In this document: positions 50,966 through 59,553 of the stretch, one piece after another | Position numbering within the stretch: position 1 is the first letter of the stretch | Layout: every line of letters starts with the position of its first letter | Source: Candidatus Puniceispirillaceae bacterium | Lineage (GTDB): Bacteria; Pseudomonadota; Alphaproteobacteria; Puniceispirillales; Puniceispirillaceae | Assembly (NCBI GenBank): GCA_049889955.1 | Contig: JBMHCK010000074.1 | Span: 1 to 59,553 of the forward strand | Length of the DNA: 59,553 nt | Reading direction: 5' to 3' | Translations under genes and position numbers: made by a program | Notes under the pieces: model-generated | What the model saw: only the letters and a program-made list of their open reading frames with translations | What the model was told of the DNA's origin: nothing | Databases searched by the model: none

Positions 50966-51778
50966 ATGTCTCAATCATCAGCGATTATGAACGGAAAACG
51001 CGGCCTTATCATGGGGGTGGCCAATGACAGGTCTATCGCATGGGGCATTGCTGCACAGGCCGCTGCCGCTGGGGCGGAACTGGCATTTACCTATCAAGGG
51101 GATGCGTTAAAAAAACGGGTTGGCCCATTGGCAGAATCTGTTGGCAGTGACCTCGTCATGCCATGTGATGTTACAGACGAAGCGTCGGTGGATAGCGTGT
51201 TTGAAACGCTAAATGCAAAATGGGGCAAGCTGGATTTTGTTCTGCATGCTATCGCCTATTCTGACAAAGAAGAGCTGAAGGGTGAATATGTTGACACGAG
51301 CCGCGAGAATTTCACCCGCACCATGGATATATCGGTATATTCTTTTACCAGCATTGCGCGGCGCGCCGCAGCGATGATGCCAGATGGGGGCTCGTTGCTG
51401 ACCCTGACCTATTATGGCGCAGAACGGGTGATGCCACATTATAATGTTATGGGCGTTGCCAAAGCTGCCCTTGAAGCATCTGTGCGCTATTTAGCTGTGG
51501 ATTTGGGTGGCCGCAATATTCGGGTAAATGGCTTGTCTGCTGGCCCGATGAAAACACTGGCCGCCTCTGGTATTGGTGATTTCAGATATATTCTGAAATG
51601 GAACGAATATAACTCGCCTCTAAAGCGCAATGTCACCCTTGATGATGTTGGCGGCTCGGGGCTGTATTTGCTGTCTGATCTGTCTTCTGGGGTGTCTGGC
51701 GAGACTCATCATGTGGATTGTGGCTATCATGTTGTTGGTATGAAGGCTGTTGATGCCCCGGATATTTCTGTAGTCTGA
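50966..51778 (+). CDS. fabI: Enoyl-ACP reductase
   Basis: [40 protein letters not shown]. Confidence 0.97.
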   Translation: MSQSSAIMNGKRGLIMGVANDRSIAWGIAAQAAAAGAELAFTYQGDALKKRVGPLAESVGSDLVMPCDVTDEASVDSVFETLNAKWGKLDFVLHAIAYSDKEELKGEYVDTSRENFTRTMDISVYSFTSIARRAAAMMPDGGSLLTLTYYGAERVMPHYNVMGVAKAALEASVRYLAVDLGGRNIRVNGLSAGPMKTLAASGIGDFRYILKWNEYNSPLKRNVTLDDVGGSGLYLLSDLSSGVSGETHHVDCGYHVVGMKAVDAPDISVV

Positions 51779-51782
51779 ACCG

Positions 51783-52880
51783 ATGGGCGATAATAGTTTC
51801 GGCACCTTATTTTCATTTACCAGCTTTGGGGAAAGCCATGGCAAGGCAATTGGCTGTATTGTCGATGGCGTGCCGCCTGGCCTGAGTTTGAGCGAGGCTG
51901 ATATTCAGCCCTATCTTGACCGGCGGCGGCCTGGCCAAAACCGGTTTGTCACCCAGCGCCGCGAAGCAGATGAGGTTGAGATTCTGTCTGGCGTGTTTGA
52001 GGGCAAGACAACCGGCACGCCTGTTTCCCTGATCATTAAAAATACAGATCAACGCTCAAAAGATTATGGGGATATCGCCAAACAATACCGGCCAGGCCAT
52101 GCCGATTTTACCTATGATGCAAAATATGGGCACCGTGATTATCGGGGCGGTGGGCGCTCTTCTGCCAGAGAGACCGCTGTTCGGGTAGCTGCAGGGGCGA
52201 TTGCTGATCTTGCCCTGAAAGCAATTTTAGGCGAGGCCTATCAGCTATATGGCTCTGTTGTACAGATTGGCCCCCATGAAATTGATACCGCAAAATTTGA
52301 CCCTCAACAGATAGACCAAAACCCGTTTTTCTGTGGGGATAGTGAAGCAGCAAAAAATTGGGAATCCTATCTGGATGAAGTTCGCAAAAATGGCTCTTCG
52401 GCAGGTGCGGTTCTGGAAATTGTGGCCCGCGGTATACCCGCTGGTCTGGGCCAGCCCCTTTATGGCAAGCTGGATGCGGAAATCGCTTCGGCAATGATGA
52501 GCATCAATGCGGTTAAGGGCGTTGAGATTGGCTCTGGCTTTGGCCTGTCTGCACTCCCCGGCCATTTAGCCGGCGATGAAATGCGGATCGGCGAAAATGG
52601 CGAACCGGTTTTCCTGTCCAACCATAATGGCGGCGTGCTGGGCGGTATTTCAACTGGCCAGGATATTGTTGCCCGGGTCGCGATTAAACCAACTTCCTCT
52701 ATTCTGACCCCCCGAAAATCTATCGATAGTGCGGGCGCGGAGACAGATGTGGTTACCAAGGGCCGCCATGATCCATGCGTAGGCATAAGAGGGGTTCCGG
52801 TTGCCGAGGCCATGCTAGCGATTGTATTGCTGGATCAGCTGATGCGCCACCATGGCCAAACCGGCCTGTTACCGCGTTAA
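51783..52880 (+). CDS. aroC: Chorismate synthase
   Basis: [46 protein letters not shown]. Confidence 0.97.
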   Translation: MGDNSFGTLFSFTSFGESHGKAIGCIVDGVPPGLSLSEADIQPYLDRRRPGQNRFVTQRREADEVEILSGVFEGKTTGTPVSLIIKNTDQRSKDYGDIAKQYRPGHADFTYDAKYGHRDYRGGGRSSARETAVRVAAGAIADLALKAILGEAYQLYGSVVQIGPHEIDTAKFDPQQIDQNPFFCGDSEAAKNWESYLDEVRKNGSSAGAVLEIVARGIPAGLGQPLYGKLDAEIASAMMSINAVKGVEIGSGFGLSALPGHLAGDEMRIGENGEPVFLSNHNGGVLGGISTGQDIVARVAIKPTSSILTPRKSIDSAGAETDVVTKGRHDPCVGIRGVPVAEAMLAIVLLDQLMRHHGQTGLLPR

Positions 52881-52890
52881 GCAGCAGAGA

Positions 52891-53640
52891 TCAGGGTTTT
52901 TCGGCACAAAACAGATATTCAATATTGCCATCTGCCCCGGTTATTGGTGAGGGGATAAGCCCCCGCTCCTGCCAGCCAGATTGCTGGCATATAAACGCCC
53001 TTACCAGCGCAATTGCCGCCTGTCTGTCGTCTTCTTCTCGTACGACCCCGCCCTTGCCAAGTGCCGCCCGGCCAGCTTCAAATTGTGGTTTGATCAAGGT
53101 CACCAACATACCGCCAGCCCGCACCAGCCCTAATGCCGGAGCCAGTGCCTTGGTAACCGAAATAAAAGAGAGATCGCACACCACCACATCAATCTGTTGC
53201 GGAATAAGGGTAGTATCCAGGTCCCGTGCATGGGTTTTTTCCAGATTGGTCACCCGCTTATCGCGTGCCAGTTTTTCGGATAATTGGCCATGCCCGACAT
53301 CCACCGCGTAAACATGCCCGGCGCCATAACTTAGCAACACATCGGTAAAGCCGCCTGTACTGGCCCCGACATCTATACAAATAGACCCATCCAGAGGCAG
53401 CAGCGCAAACGCCTCCAAAGCCGCCTCCAGCTTTAACCCGCCGCGGCTGGCCCAGCGAATACTTGCCTCTTCTATTTCAAAATTACCGTTAAGCGGAACG
53501 GTCTGCGAGGGCTTCACCAAAAGCTGGCCATCCAGCTTAACTGCTTTTTCACGGATTAGGGCCCGTGCTTTCTCGCGGCTAGGCAACAGCTTGCGCCGAA
53601 CAAGCACCATATCTGCACGCCCCTTTTGAGAACCTGTCAT
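52891..53640 (-). CDS. tlyA: TlyA family rRNA 2'-O-methyltransferase
   Basis: S4 domain, SRGGLKL, DVGASTGGFTD, DVGHGQL, DLSFIS, LIKPQFE, SPITGADGNIEYL. Confidence 0.94.
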   Translation of the reverse strand: MTGSQKGRADMVLVRRKLLPSREKARALIREKAVKLDGQLLVKPSQTVPLNGNFEIEEASIRWASRGGLKLEAALEAFALLPLDGSICIDVGASTGGFTDVLLSYGAGHVYAVDVGHGQLSEKLARDKRVTNLEKTHARDLDTTLIPQQIDVVVCDLSFISVTKALAPALGLVRAGGMLVTLIKPQFEAGRAALGKGGVVREEDDRQAAIALVRAFICQQSGWQERGLIPSPITGADGNIEYLFCAEKP

Positions 53641-53643
53641 TTA

Positions 53644-53676
53644 ACATATATCGGGCATATATCGGACATACATCTG
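53644..53676 (+). repeat. 11-bp tandem repeat x3 immediately upstream of the tlyA start
   Basis: acatatatcgg gcatatatcgg acatacatctg. Confidence 0.75.
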
Positions 53677-53721
53677 GCCCACTCTAAACACACATACTTT
53701 CGGCCTAATAATCTGGTCTTT

Positions 53722-55641
53722 CTAGCTTACCGCATCCTCTGCCTTGCTTTGTGGCTGAACAAGGCGCCGTGCCACCGCAAAAAGCTGTTCTGCGTCCAGA
53801 CCGGATATCGCTAATTGTCGGTCACGTTCAGCATGGTCAAGATAGCTATCTGGCAAGCTGGCGCATCTGATTTTCAACGCCCCATCCAAACAGCCTTCTG
53901 CAGCCAAAAATTGTAAAACATGCGCAGAAAAGCCGCCCGGGCTGCTTTCCTCTACAATCAACAAAGCTGAGTGGTTTTCGGCAAGGGATCTAATGCAGTC
54001 CTTATCAAACGGCTTGGCAAAACGCGCATCAACCAGCGTTACGCTCACCCCTTCTGACTGCAGCATGTCGGCAGTTTTTTCACAAATCTGCAACATCGTT
54101 CCCAAAGACAAGATAGCGATATCGCTGCCCTGACAGATTGGCCGGGCCTTTCCTATTTCCAATATTTCTGCTGGCACATCCAGGCTAGCCCCGGTACCGG
54201 TCCCGCGCGGATAGCGCAAGGCAGATGGCCCGTCATCATAAGCTGCCGCCGTGGCAGTCATATGCATCAATTCTGCTTCATCAGCAGGGCACATAATCAT
54301 CATATTTGGCAAGCATGACAGATAGGCCAGGTCAAACACACCGGCATGGGTAGCCCCATCCGCGCCAACCAGACCGGCCCTGTCTATGGCAAAACGCACT
54401 GGCAGATTTTGTATCGCTACATCATGGACCAGCTGATCATATCCGCGTTGTAAAAAGGTAGAATAAATCGCCGCAAAGGGCTTCATTCCCTCAGCAGCCA
54501 ATCCAGCAGCAAAGGTAACGGCATGTTGCTCGGCGATACCCACATCAAACACCTGAGAGGGACAGGTCTTGGCCAGTTTATCCAGACCTGTTCCAGACGG
54601 CATCGCTGCGGTAATAGCGACAATATTGCGGTCCTGTTTGGCAAGCGATGCCAGCGTTTCTGCAAAAACCGAGGTATAGCTAGGCTTGTTACTGGCAGAT
54701 TTTGAATGCTCGCCCGTGATGACATCAAATTTTGGAACGGCATGATATTTTTCTGCTGATGGACCAGAAAATGGATGGCCATGCCCTTTTTCTGTAACCA
54801 CATGCACCAACACCGGGCCACCAATCTGGCCATCCTTTAGATTTTTTAAAATCGGTAATAAATGGTTCAGATCATGCCCGTCTATCGGCCCAATATGAAA
54901 AAAGCCCAGCTCGTTAAACAGGCTATGCCCACTTACCAGCTCGCGTGCCAGATTCTTTGCCCGTTTGGCGGTGCGTTCTATTTCCGCAGGGAACCGGCTG
55001 GCAACTTCCTTGACCAGCCCGCGAATAGAATGAAAAGGCTGAGAGGAGATAAGCTCGGATAAATAAGCAGACATTGCGCCAACTGGCGGGGCAATAGACA
55101 TATCATTATCATTCAGGATAACAATCAAATCACTTTCCGACGCGCCCGCATTATTCAGCCCTTCAAAGGCCATGCCAGCACTCATCGCGCCATCGCCGAT
55201 AACCGCGATTACCTTATTATGGCCGCCTTTAACATCTCTGGCGGTAGCCATGCCTAGGGCGGCGGAAACAGACGTAGAGGAATGCCCTGCCCCAAAGGGG
55301 TCAAATTCAGATTCAGATCGTTTGGTAAAGCCAGACAGGCCGCCTTCCTGGCGCAGGCTTGGCATTTGCTCACGCCGGCCAGTTAAAATTTTATGCGGAT
55401 AGGCTTGATGCCCAACATCCCAGATAAGGCGATCAGCGGGTGTATCAAAAACATAATGCAGGGCAACGGTTAATTCAACCACGCCTAGCCCGGCCCCCAA
55501 ATGCCCGCCAGTTTGCGACACAGCGCGGATCATATCCTGGCGCACTTCATCTGCGAGCTGCGGCAATTGTGCCTCGCTTAACGCGCGCAAAGCCTGAACT
55601 GATGTAATTTTATCCAGAAGTGGTGTTTGCGGCCCCGTCAC
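53722..55641 (-). CDS. dxs: 1-deoxy-D-xylulose-5-phosphate synthase
   Basis: [47 protein letters not shown] 55641 follows a strong SD AAGGAGG; ATG 55659 is an alternative start. Confidence 0.96.
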   Translation of the reverse strand: MTGPQTPLLDKITSVQALRALSEAQLPQLADEVRQDMIRAVSQTGGHLGAGLGVVELTVALHYVFDTPADRLIWDVGHQAYPHKILTGRREQMPSLRQEGGLSGFTKRSESEFDPFGAGHSSTSVSAALGMATARDVKGGHNKVIAVIGDGAMSAGMAFEGLNNAGASESDLIVILNDNDMSIAPPVGAMSAYLSELISSQPFHSIRGLVKEVASRFPAEIERTAKRAKNLARELVSGHSLFNELGFFHIGPIDGHDLNHLLPILKNLKDGQIGGPVLVHVVTEKGHGHPFSGPSAEKYHAVPKFDVITGEHSKSASNKPSYTSVFAETLASLAKQDRNIVAITAAMPSGTGLDKLAKTCPSQVFDVGIAEQHAVTFAAGLAAEGMKPFAAIYSTFLQRGYDQLVHDVAIQNLPVRFAIDRAGLVGADGATHAGVFDLAYLSCLPNMMIMCPADEAELMHMTATAAAYDDGPSALRYPRGTGTGASLDVPAEILEIGKARPICQGSDIAILSLGTMLQICEKTADMLQSEGVSVTLVDARFAKPFDKDCIRSLAENHSALLIVEESSPGGFSAHVLQFLAAEGCLDGALKIRCASLPDSYLDHAERDRQLAISGLDAEQLFAVARRLVQPQSKAEDAVS

Positions 55642-55656
55642 TTCCCCCTCCTTATA

Positions 55657-55684
55657 CATACCTCCCGGAACATACTCTCCGGAA
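55657..55684 (+). repeat. 14-bp imperfect tandem duplication upstream of dxs
   Basis: catacctcccggaa catactctccggaa. Confidence 0.65.
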
Positions 55685-55756
55685 CCCAGCTTTTATTTCA
55701 GGCATACACTCATATTGGTGCCTTGCTGGTTTTTCTTTATTCTCTATACGACAGGT

Positions 55757-56662
55757 TTAATGATTCCGGTTTATAACAAAATGTGCCAGACCACGTAACC
55801 CTTCACCTGCGGTGCCATATTTATCCAGGCTGGCACAGGCTTTTTCAATCAGATTATCGGCCTGCCTGCGCGCTTCTTCCAGCCCCAACAAATCAACAAA
55901 ACTGGCCTTTCCCTGCTCAGCATCACGGCCGGCTGGCTTGCCTAACTGTTCTGCGTCTGCTTGATAATCCAGCAAATCATCAGCAATCTGAAAGGCCAGC
56001 CCCAGATAGCTGGAAAACCTTTCCACATCCGCGAGCATCGCTTCATTACCACCGCCCACAAGCACGCCCATCATCGCAGAGGCCTTGATCAACGCCCCTG
56101 TTTTTAATTCCTGCATGGTTTGTGTTTGTTGCAGATCAGGCGTGGTTGTTTCGGCCAGCAAATCCAGCATTTGACCGCCAGCCATGCCGCTAGCACCAGA
56201 GGCTGCTGCCAGCACCGATACCAGTTGTAGTTGACGGGCCGGTTCCTCTAACAGCCCTTCTTGTGACAGCACGCTAAACGCTTCGGTTTGCAGGGCATCC
56301 CCGGCCAGAATAGCGGTAGCCTCATCAAAAGCTTTGTGACAGGAAGGCACCCCGCGCCGCACCTCGGCATCATCCATGGCAGGCAAATCATCATGAATCA
56401 GTGAATAGGCATGCAGCATTTCAACAGCCCCGGCGACAGCCAAATGGGCAGATGGCGCCGTACTTTCGCTAGAGCCGCTAGCCAACCGGGCCGCTGATAA
56501 TACCAGGCTGGCACGAACCCGCTTGCCGCCATTCATCGCCGAATAGCGCATCGCTGCCAGCAGCGGTGCGGCTGGCGAGGAAGCAAGCATATCAAAATGG
56601 CTATCTAGCCAAGCTGATGTCTGGACAGCATCCTCTTGTAAAAGTTGCGGAATAGTGACCAT
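55757..56662 (-). CDS. ispA: Farnesyl diphosphate synthase (polyprenyl synthetase)
   Basis: GGKRVR, SLIHDDLPAMDD, RRG, GGQMLD, KTGAL, FQIADDLLD, GK..GRD. Confidence 0.95.
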   Translation of the reverse strand: MVTIPQLLQEDAVQTSAWLDSHFDMLASSPAAPLLAAMRYSAMNGGKRVRASLVLSAARLASGSSESTAPSAHLAVAGAVEMLHAYSLIHDDLPAMDDAEVRRGVPSCHKAFDEATAILAGDALQTEAFSVLSQEGLLEEPARQLQLVSVLAAASGASGMAGGQMLDLLAETTTPDLQQTQTMQELKTGALIKASAMMGVLVGGGNEAMLADVERFSSYLGLAFQIADDLLDYQADAEQLGKPAGRDAEQGKASFVDLLGLEEARRQADNLIEKACASLDKYGTAGEGLRGLAHFVINRNH

Positions 56663-56955
56663 TAGCTAGCAGGGTCAAATGGCGTTGTCGTGGCAGCTCC
56701 GCCATCTTCTGGCAGCTTAATCTGCTCAACCTTTAGCCGTGCCTCTTCGAGGCGCGCCTGACAATGCCCTTTTAGCGCCATGCCGCGGCTATAGGCGTCA
56801 ATTGCCTTATCCAGCGATACATCGCCGCGCTCTAGCTGGTCAACAATGGCTTCAAGCTGACTTAACGCCTCCTCAAAGCTAAGCGCCTCCATCCCGGTCT
56901 GCGTGGCAGTTTGTTCTGTTTTTTGTTCTTCTTCCATTGCCAGCAATCGCTCCAT
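56662..56955 (-). CDS. xseB: Exodeoxyribonuclease VII small subunit (alternative start 56937)
   Basis: SFEEALSQLEAIVDQLERGDVSL..AI..Y.RG..L...C..RL; xseB-ispA-dxs-tlyA synteny. Confidence 0.94.
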   Translation of the reverse strand: MERLLAMEEEQKTEQTATQTGMEALSFEEALSQLEAIVDQLERGDVSLDKAIDAYSRGMALKGHCQARLEEARLKVEQIKLPEDGGAATTTPFDPAS

Positions 56956-56981
56956 GCTGTTTGTTTTGATGCCTTGCTTGC

Positions 56982-57437
56982 CTAGCGCTTTTCATTAATG
57001 GTTACGGCAATGGCCTTGACCATTTCAGCAATTCTCTTGCGCACTTTTGGCTTTTCTATCGAATAATAGGTACGCACTAATTCCAATGTCTCTCGGCGGG
57101 CCATCGGATCACGAACCGCTTCATCATCTATTGAATGCTCTGCCCCGCGGCTGATACGGCGCGGAGAGGATTGCATAACATCATCGCTCATATCATCAAA
57201 GAAATAGCTAATTGGCACATCGACAATCTGGGCAATATCCCACAAGCGTGACGCGCTGATACGGTTTGCCCCGCGTTCATATTTCTGCACCTGTTGAAAG
57301 GTGATATTCAAAGACGCCCCAAGCTGCTCCTGTGACATGCCTAGCAAAGTTCGGCGCAGACGCACCCGCTTGCCAACATGCATATCCACAGCATTGTTAT
57401 TCGTTACTCTGAAATTCTTGTCGCTATTTTCAGCCAT
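56982..57437 (-). CDS. XRE-family HTH transcriptional regulator
   Basis: DMHVGKRVRLRR..LGMSQ..LG..LNITFQQVQKYERGANRISASRL. Confidence 0.92.
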   Translation of the reverse strand: MAENSDKNFRVTNNNAVDMHVGKRVRLRRTLLGMSQEQLGASLNITFQQVQKYERGANRISASRLWDIAQIVDVPISYFFDDMSDDVMQSSPRRISRGAEHSIDDEAVRDPMARRETLELVRTYYSIEKPKVRKRIAEMVKAIAVTINEKR

Positions 57438-57564
57438 CGTCTTTCCCTATATTCGCTCAAGCAAAGATAACACTAAAGGTTGCATAGCGTATAGGATATT
57501 TTTGAGCAATAGTTTTTAAGATTTAACTAATATGGACAAGTTACCTATACTTTTGGATAGGGGG

Positions 57565-58521
57565 CTAGGCTTTTTGCACCTGATGTGAAATGGCATCCAG
57601 CCCCCGCAGCAAATGCGGAACAATGCTGGTTTCAAACGCAGAATGCCCGGCATTATCCATGATTTTCAGCTTTGCATTCTGGCCCCAGGCATCGGCCAGC
57701 TTTTTTGCTGAAAAAGGCGGGCAAATCACATCATACCGACCCTGAACGATATAGGCAGATAGATGGCTAATCTGATGCACATTCCCTAGCAGATAGTCCT
57801 TTGGCATAAAACAATCTGACAGAAAATAATGCGCCTCTAGCAACGCTAGCGTGTAAGCAGAAGCCCCGCCATCGCGCAATACAGCCCGCAAGGTTGCACA
57901 GGAATTCTCATAGGCTGCCCACTGATTAGCCGCTGCCATTGCGATAGAACGGCTAGGGCTGGTCAGGCGGCGATAATAGGCAGAAAGAATATCACTGCGT
58001 TCGGTGGGGCTGATATAGCCAGAGAAACGCGCATAGGCTTCTGGAAAAAATCGGCCCATATCATACAGGAACCAGTTAATTTCTTCACTGCCGCCCAGAA
58101 AAATTCCCCGCAACACAAACCCCAGACAATGTTCAGGATAAGCAACCCCATAGGCAAGCGCCAAAGTAGAGCCCCAGGAGCCCCCAAATAAGATAAATTT
58201 ATCGATGCCCAACTTTATGCGAAGCGCCTCGATATCCTCTACTAAATCCTGGGTAGTATTTTGATGTAAGCTGGCATAAGGCTCAGAGCGGCCACACCCG
58301 CGCTGATCAAAAAGCACGGCTCTATATTTCTGCGGGTCAAACAGGCGGCGATGGGTGGGCGCACAGCCTGCCCCCGGCCCGCCATGTACAAATAATACAG
58401 GCACGCCATTGCGACTCCCACATTCCTCATAATAAATAGAATGCGCATCACGCTTTAGAAAACCGGTATTAAACGGGGTTACCGGCGCATATAGATTTGT
58501 TTCTGCATCAAGAGCATGCAA
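57565..58521 (-). CDS. pip: Proline iminopeptidase (alpha/beta hydrolase)
   Basis: HGGPGAG, FDQRGCGRS, GGSWGS nucleophile, LRGIF, QGRYD, AGHS. Confidence 0.94.
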   Translation of the reverse strand: MHALDAETNLYAPVTPFNTGFLKRDAHSIYYEECGSRNGVPVLFVHGGPGAGCAPTHRRLFDPQKYRAVLFDQRGCGRSEPYASLHQNTTQDLVEDIEALRIKLGIDKFILFGGSWGSTLALAYGVAYPEHCLGFVLRGIFLGGSEEINWFLYDMGRFFPEAYARFSGYISPTERSDILSAYYRRLTSPSRSIAMAAANQWAAYENSCATLRAVLRDGGASAYTLALLEAHYFLSDCFMPKDYLLGNVHQISHLSAYIVQGRYDVICPPFSAKKLADAWGQNAKLKIMDNAGHSAFETSIVPHLLRGLDAISHQVQKA

Positions 58522-58597
58522 TGGTTTGGACCCTGCCTGTTTTAAATGAATAGCCCTGTTTACACCAAAATATGGGTACCAGCTATCCGGCCCTAAC

Positions 58598-59485
58598 TTA
58601 GGATAATTGTGGCAACAAATCCAGCGGCATATCTGTTTGGGCTTCCAGGCTAACCCGCAGCTTTTTCAAGGCGCGATGCTCTAGCTGGCGTACCCGCTCT
58701 TTGCTGACGCCAAGGGTGCCGCCCAATTGCTCTAATGTGGCGCCTTCATCATTTAGCCGCCTGCGAAAGATAATCAGGCGCTCGCGAGGGGTTAGCTCGT
58801 TTAACGCTTCATGCAGACGATCCGATAATACTTTCGCATCATGCATAGAGGTAACCACCTCTTCGGGGTCTGGGCGTGTATCTGCCAGAAAGTTTTGTGC
58901 CTCACTATCGCTTTCCGAAGATACCGTCATATTCAGGGATGCATCCGGACCAGACAGGCGTTGTTCCATCAACACCACATCATTCACATTCACCCCGATA
59001 GTCTCGGCAATTTTCTGCCGTCCCTCGACTGATAATGGACCGCCATCTGCCTCTCCAATGCGCGCACGCAGACGCTTTAACCGGAAAAATAACGCTTTGT
59101 GTGCGGCAGTGGTACCGGTGCGGACAATCGACCAGTTCCGCAAAATATGATCCTGAATAGACGCGCGTATCCACCAGGCGGCATAGGTTGAAAAGCGAAA
59201 ACCCCGCTCTGGCTCAAACCGCCGTGCAGCCTGCATCAAGCCTATGTTCCCTTCCTGGATAAGATCACCAAGGGAAAGTCCATAATGTCTATATTTTGAA
59301 GCGGCGCTAACGACCAGGCGGCCATAGGCAAGAACCAGCTCATGCATAGCGCGGTGGTCATCATGATCCCGCCAGCGTGTTGCAAGCTCCAGCTCATACT
59401 CACGCTCCAGCAAGGGTTTTTTCATCACCTTGCGGATAAAATGATTATCGGAATTGCGTGTCTCTGATTGATTAACCTGCGTCAT
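58598..59485 (-). CDS. rpoH: Sigma-32 family RNA polymerase sigma factor, probably RpoH2-type
   Basis: DLIQEGNIGLM, FRFSTYAAWWIRASIQ, LRNWSIVRTGTT, RpoH-box variant HKALFFRLKR, VSKERVRQLE; ATG 59485 follows SD GGAGAG. Confidence 0.9.
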   Translation of the reverse strand: MTQVNQSETRNSDNHFIRKVMKKPLLEREYELELATRWRDHDDHRAMHELVLAYGRLVVSAASKYRHYGLSLGDLIQEGNIGLMQAARRFEPERGFRFSTYAAWWIRASIQDHILRNWSIVRTGTTAAHKALFFRLKRLRARIGEADGGPLSVEGRQKIAETIGVNVNDVVLMEQRLSGPDASLNMTVSSESDSEAQNFLADTRPDPEEVVTSMHDAKVLSDRLHEALNELTPRERLIIFRRRLNDEGATLEQLGGTLGVSKERVRQLEHRALKKLRVSLEAQTDMPLDLLPQLS

Positions 59486-59490
59486 AATAT

Positions 59491-59515
59491 CTCTCCGTAC
59501 CATCTATACGGAGAG
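59491..59515 (-). promoter_or_regulatory. Perfect 9-bp hairpin covering the rpoH Shine-Dalgarno
   Basis: mRNA CUCUCCGUA-UAGAUGG-UACGGAGAG-AUAUU-AUG. Confidence 0.65.
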
Positions 59516-59553
59516 CCAGACAGCCCAGATCAAACAGAAGACCGGCAAGAGCA

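Noticed and set aside
52891-53640. TlyA as a haemolysin/virulence factor
   Set aside because: It has S4 plus FtsJ-type methyltransferase motifs and sits in the standard xseB-ispA-dxs-tlyA housekeeping context.

Overview
A roughly 50% GC, gene-dense stretch of core chromosome from an alphaproteobacterium. Gene content and order resemble marine SAR116/Puniceispirillum-like lineages; this is an inference, not a database result. In order: a 3'-truncated AsmA/YhdP-like gene missed by the ORF track, bcp, DUF455, prfB, PBP1A, amiC, rne, an aminotransferase, an M48 protease, DsbA, aroQ-accB-accC-aat, DUF2155-mlaD-NDUFA12, class II ribonucleotide reductase nrdJ (two NrdR-like boxes), RidA, DUF482, clpS-clpA, a D,D-carboxypeptidase, an imuA-imuB-dnaE2 cassette with a perfect alphaproteobacterial LexA box, an M20 amidohydrolase, soxBDAG, a non-pyrrolysine MttB-family methyltransferase, a dimethylglycine dehydrogenase-like gene, pdxH, fabI-aroC, tlyA-dxs-ispA-xseB, an XRE regulator, pip and an rpoH-family sigma factor. 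I saw no tRNA/rRNA, CRISPR, prophage, IS element or defence island. I found no clearly new system. The best leads are: a perfect hairpin hiding the rpoH Shine-Dalgarno; DUF482 placed with aat and clpSA (possible N-degron link); a betaine-to-glycine demethylation cluster with no corrinoid partner in view; a prfB that has lost its programmed frameshift; a structured rne leader; and two 11-bp tandem arrays sharing a unit.
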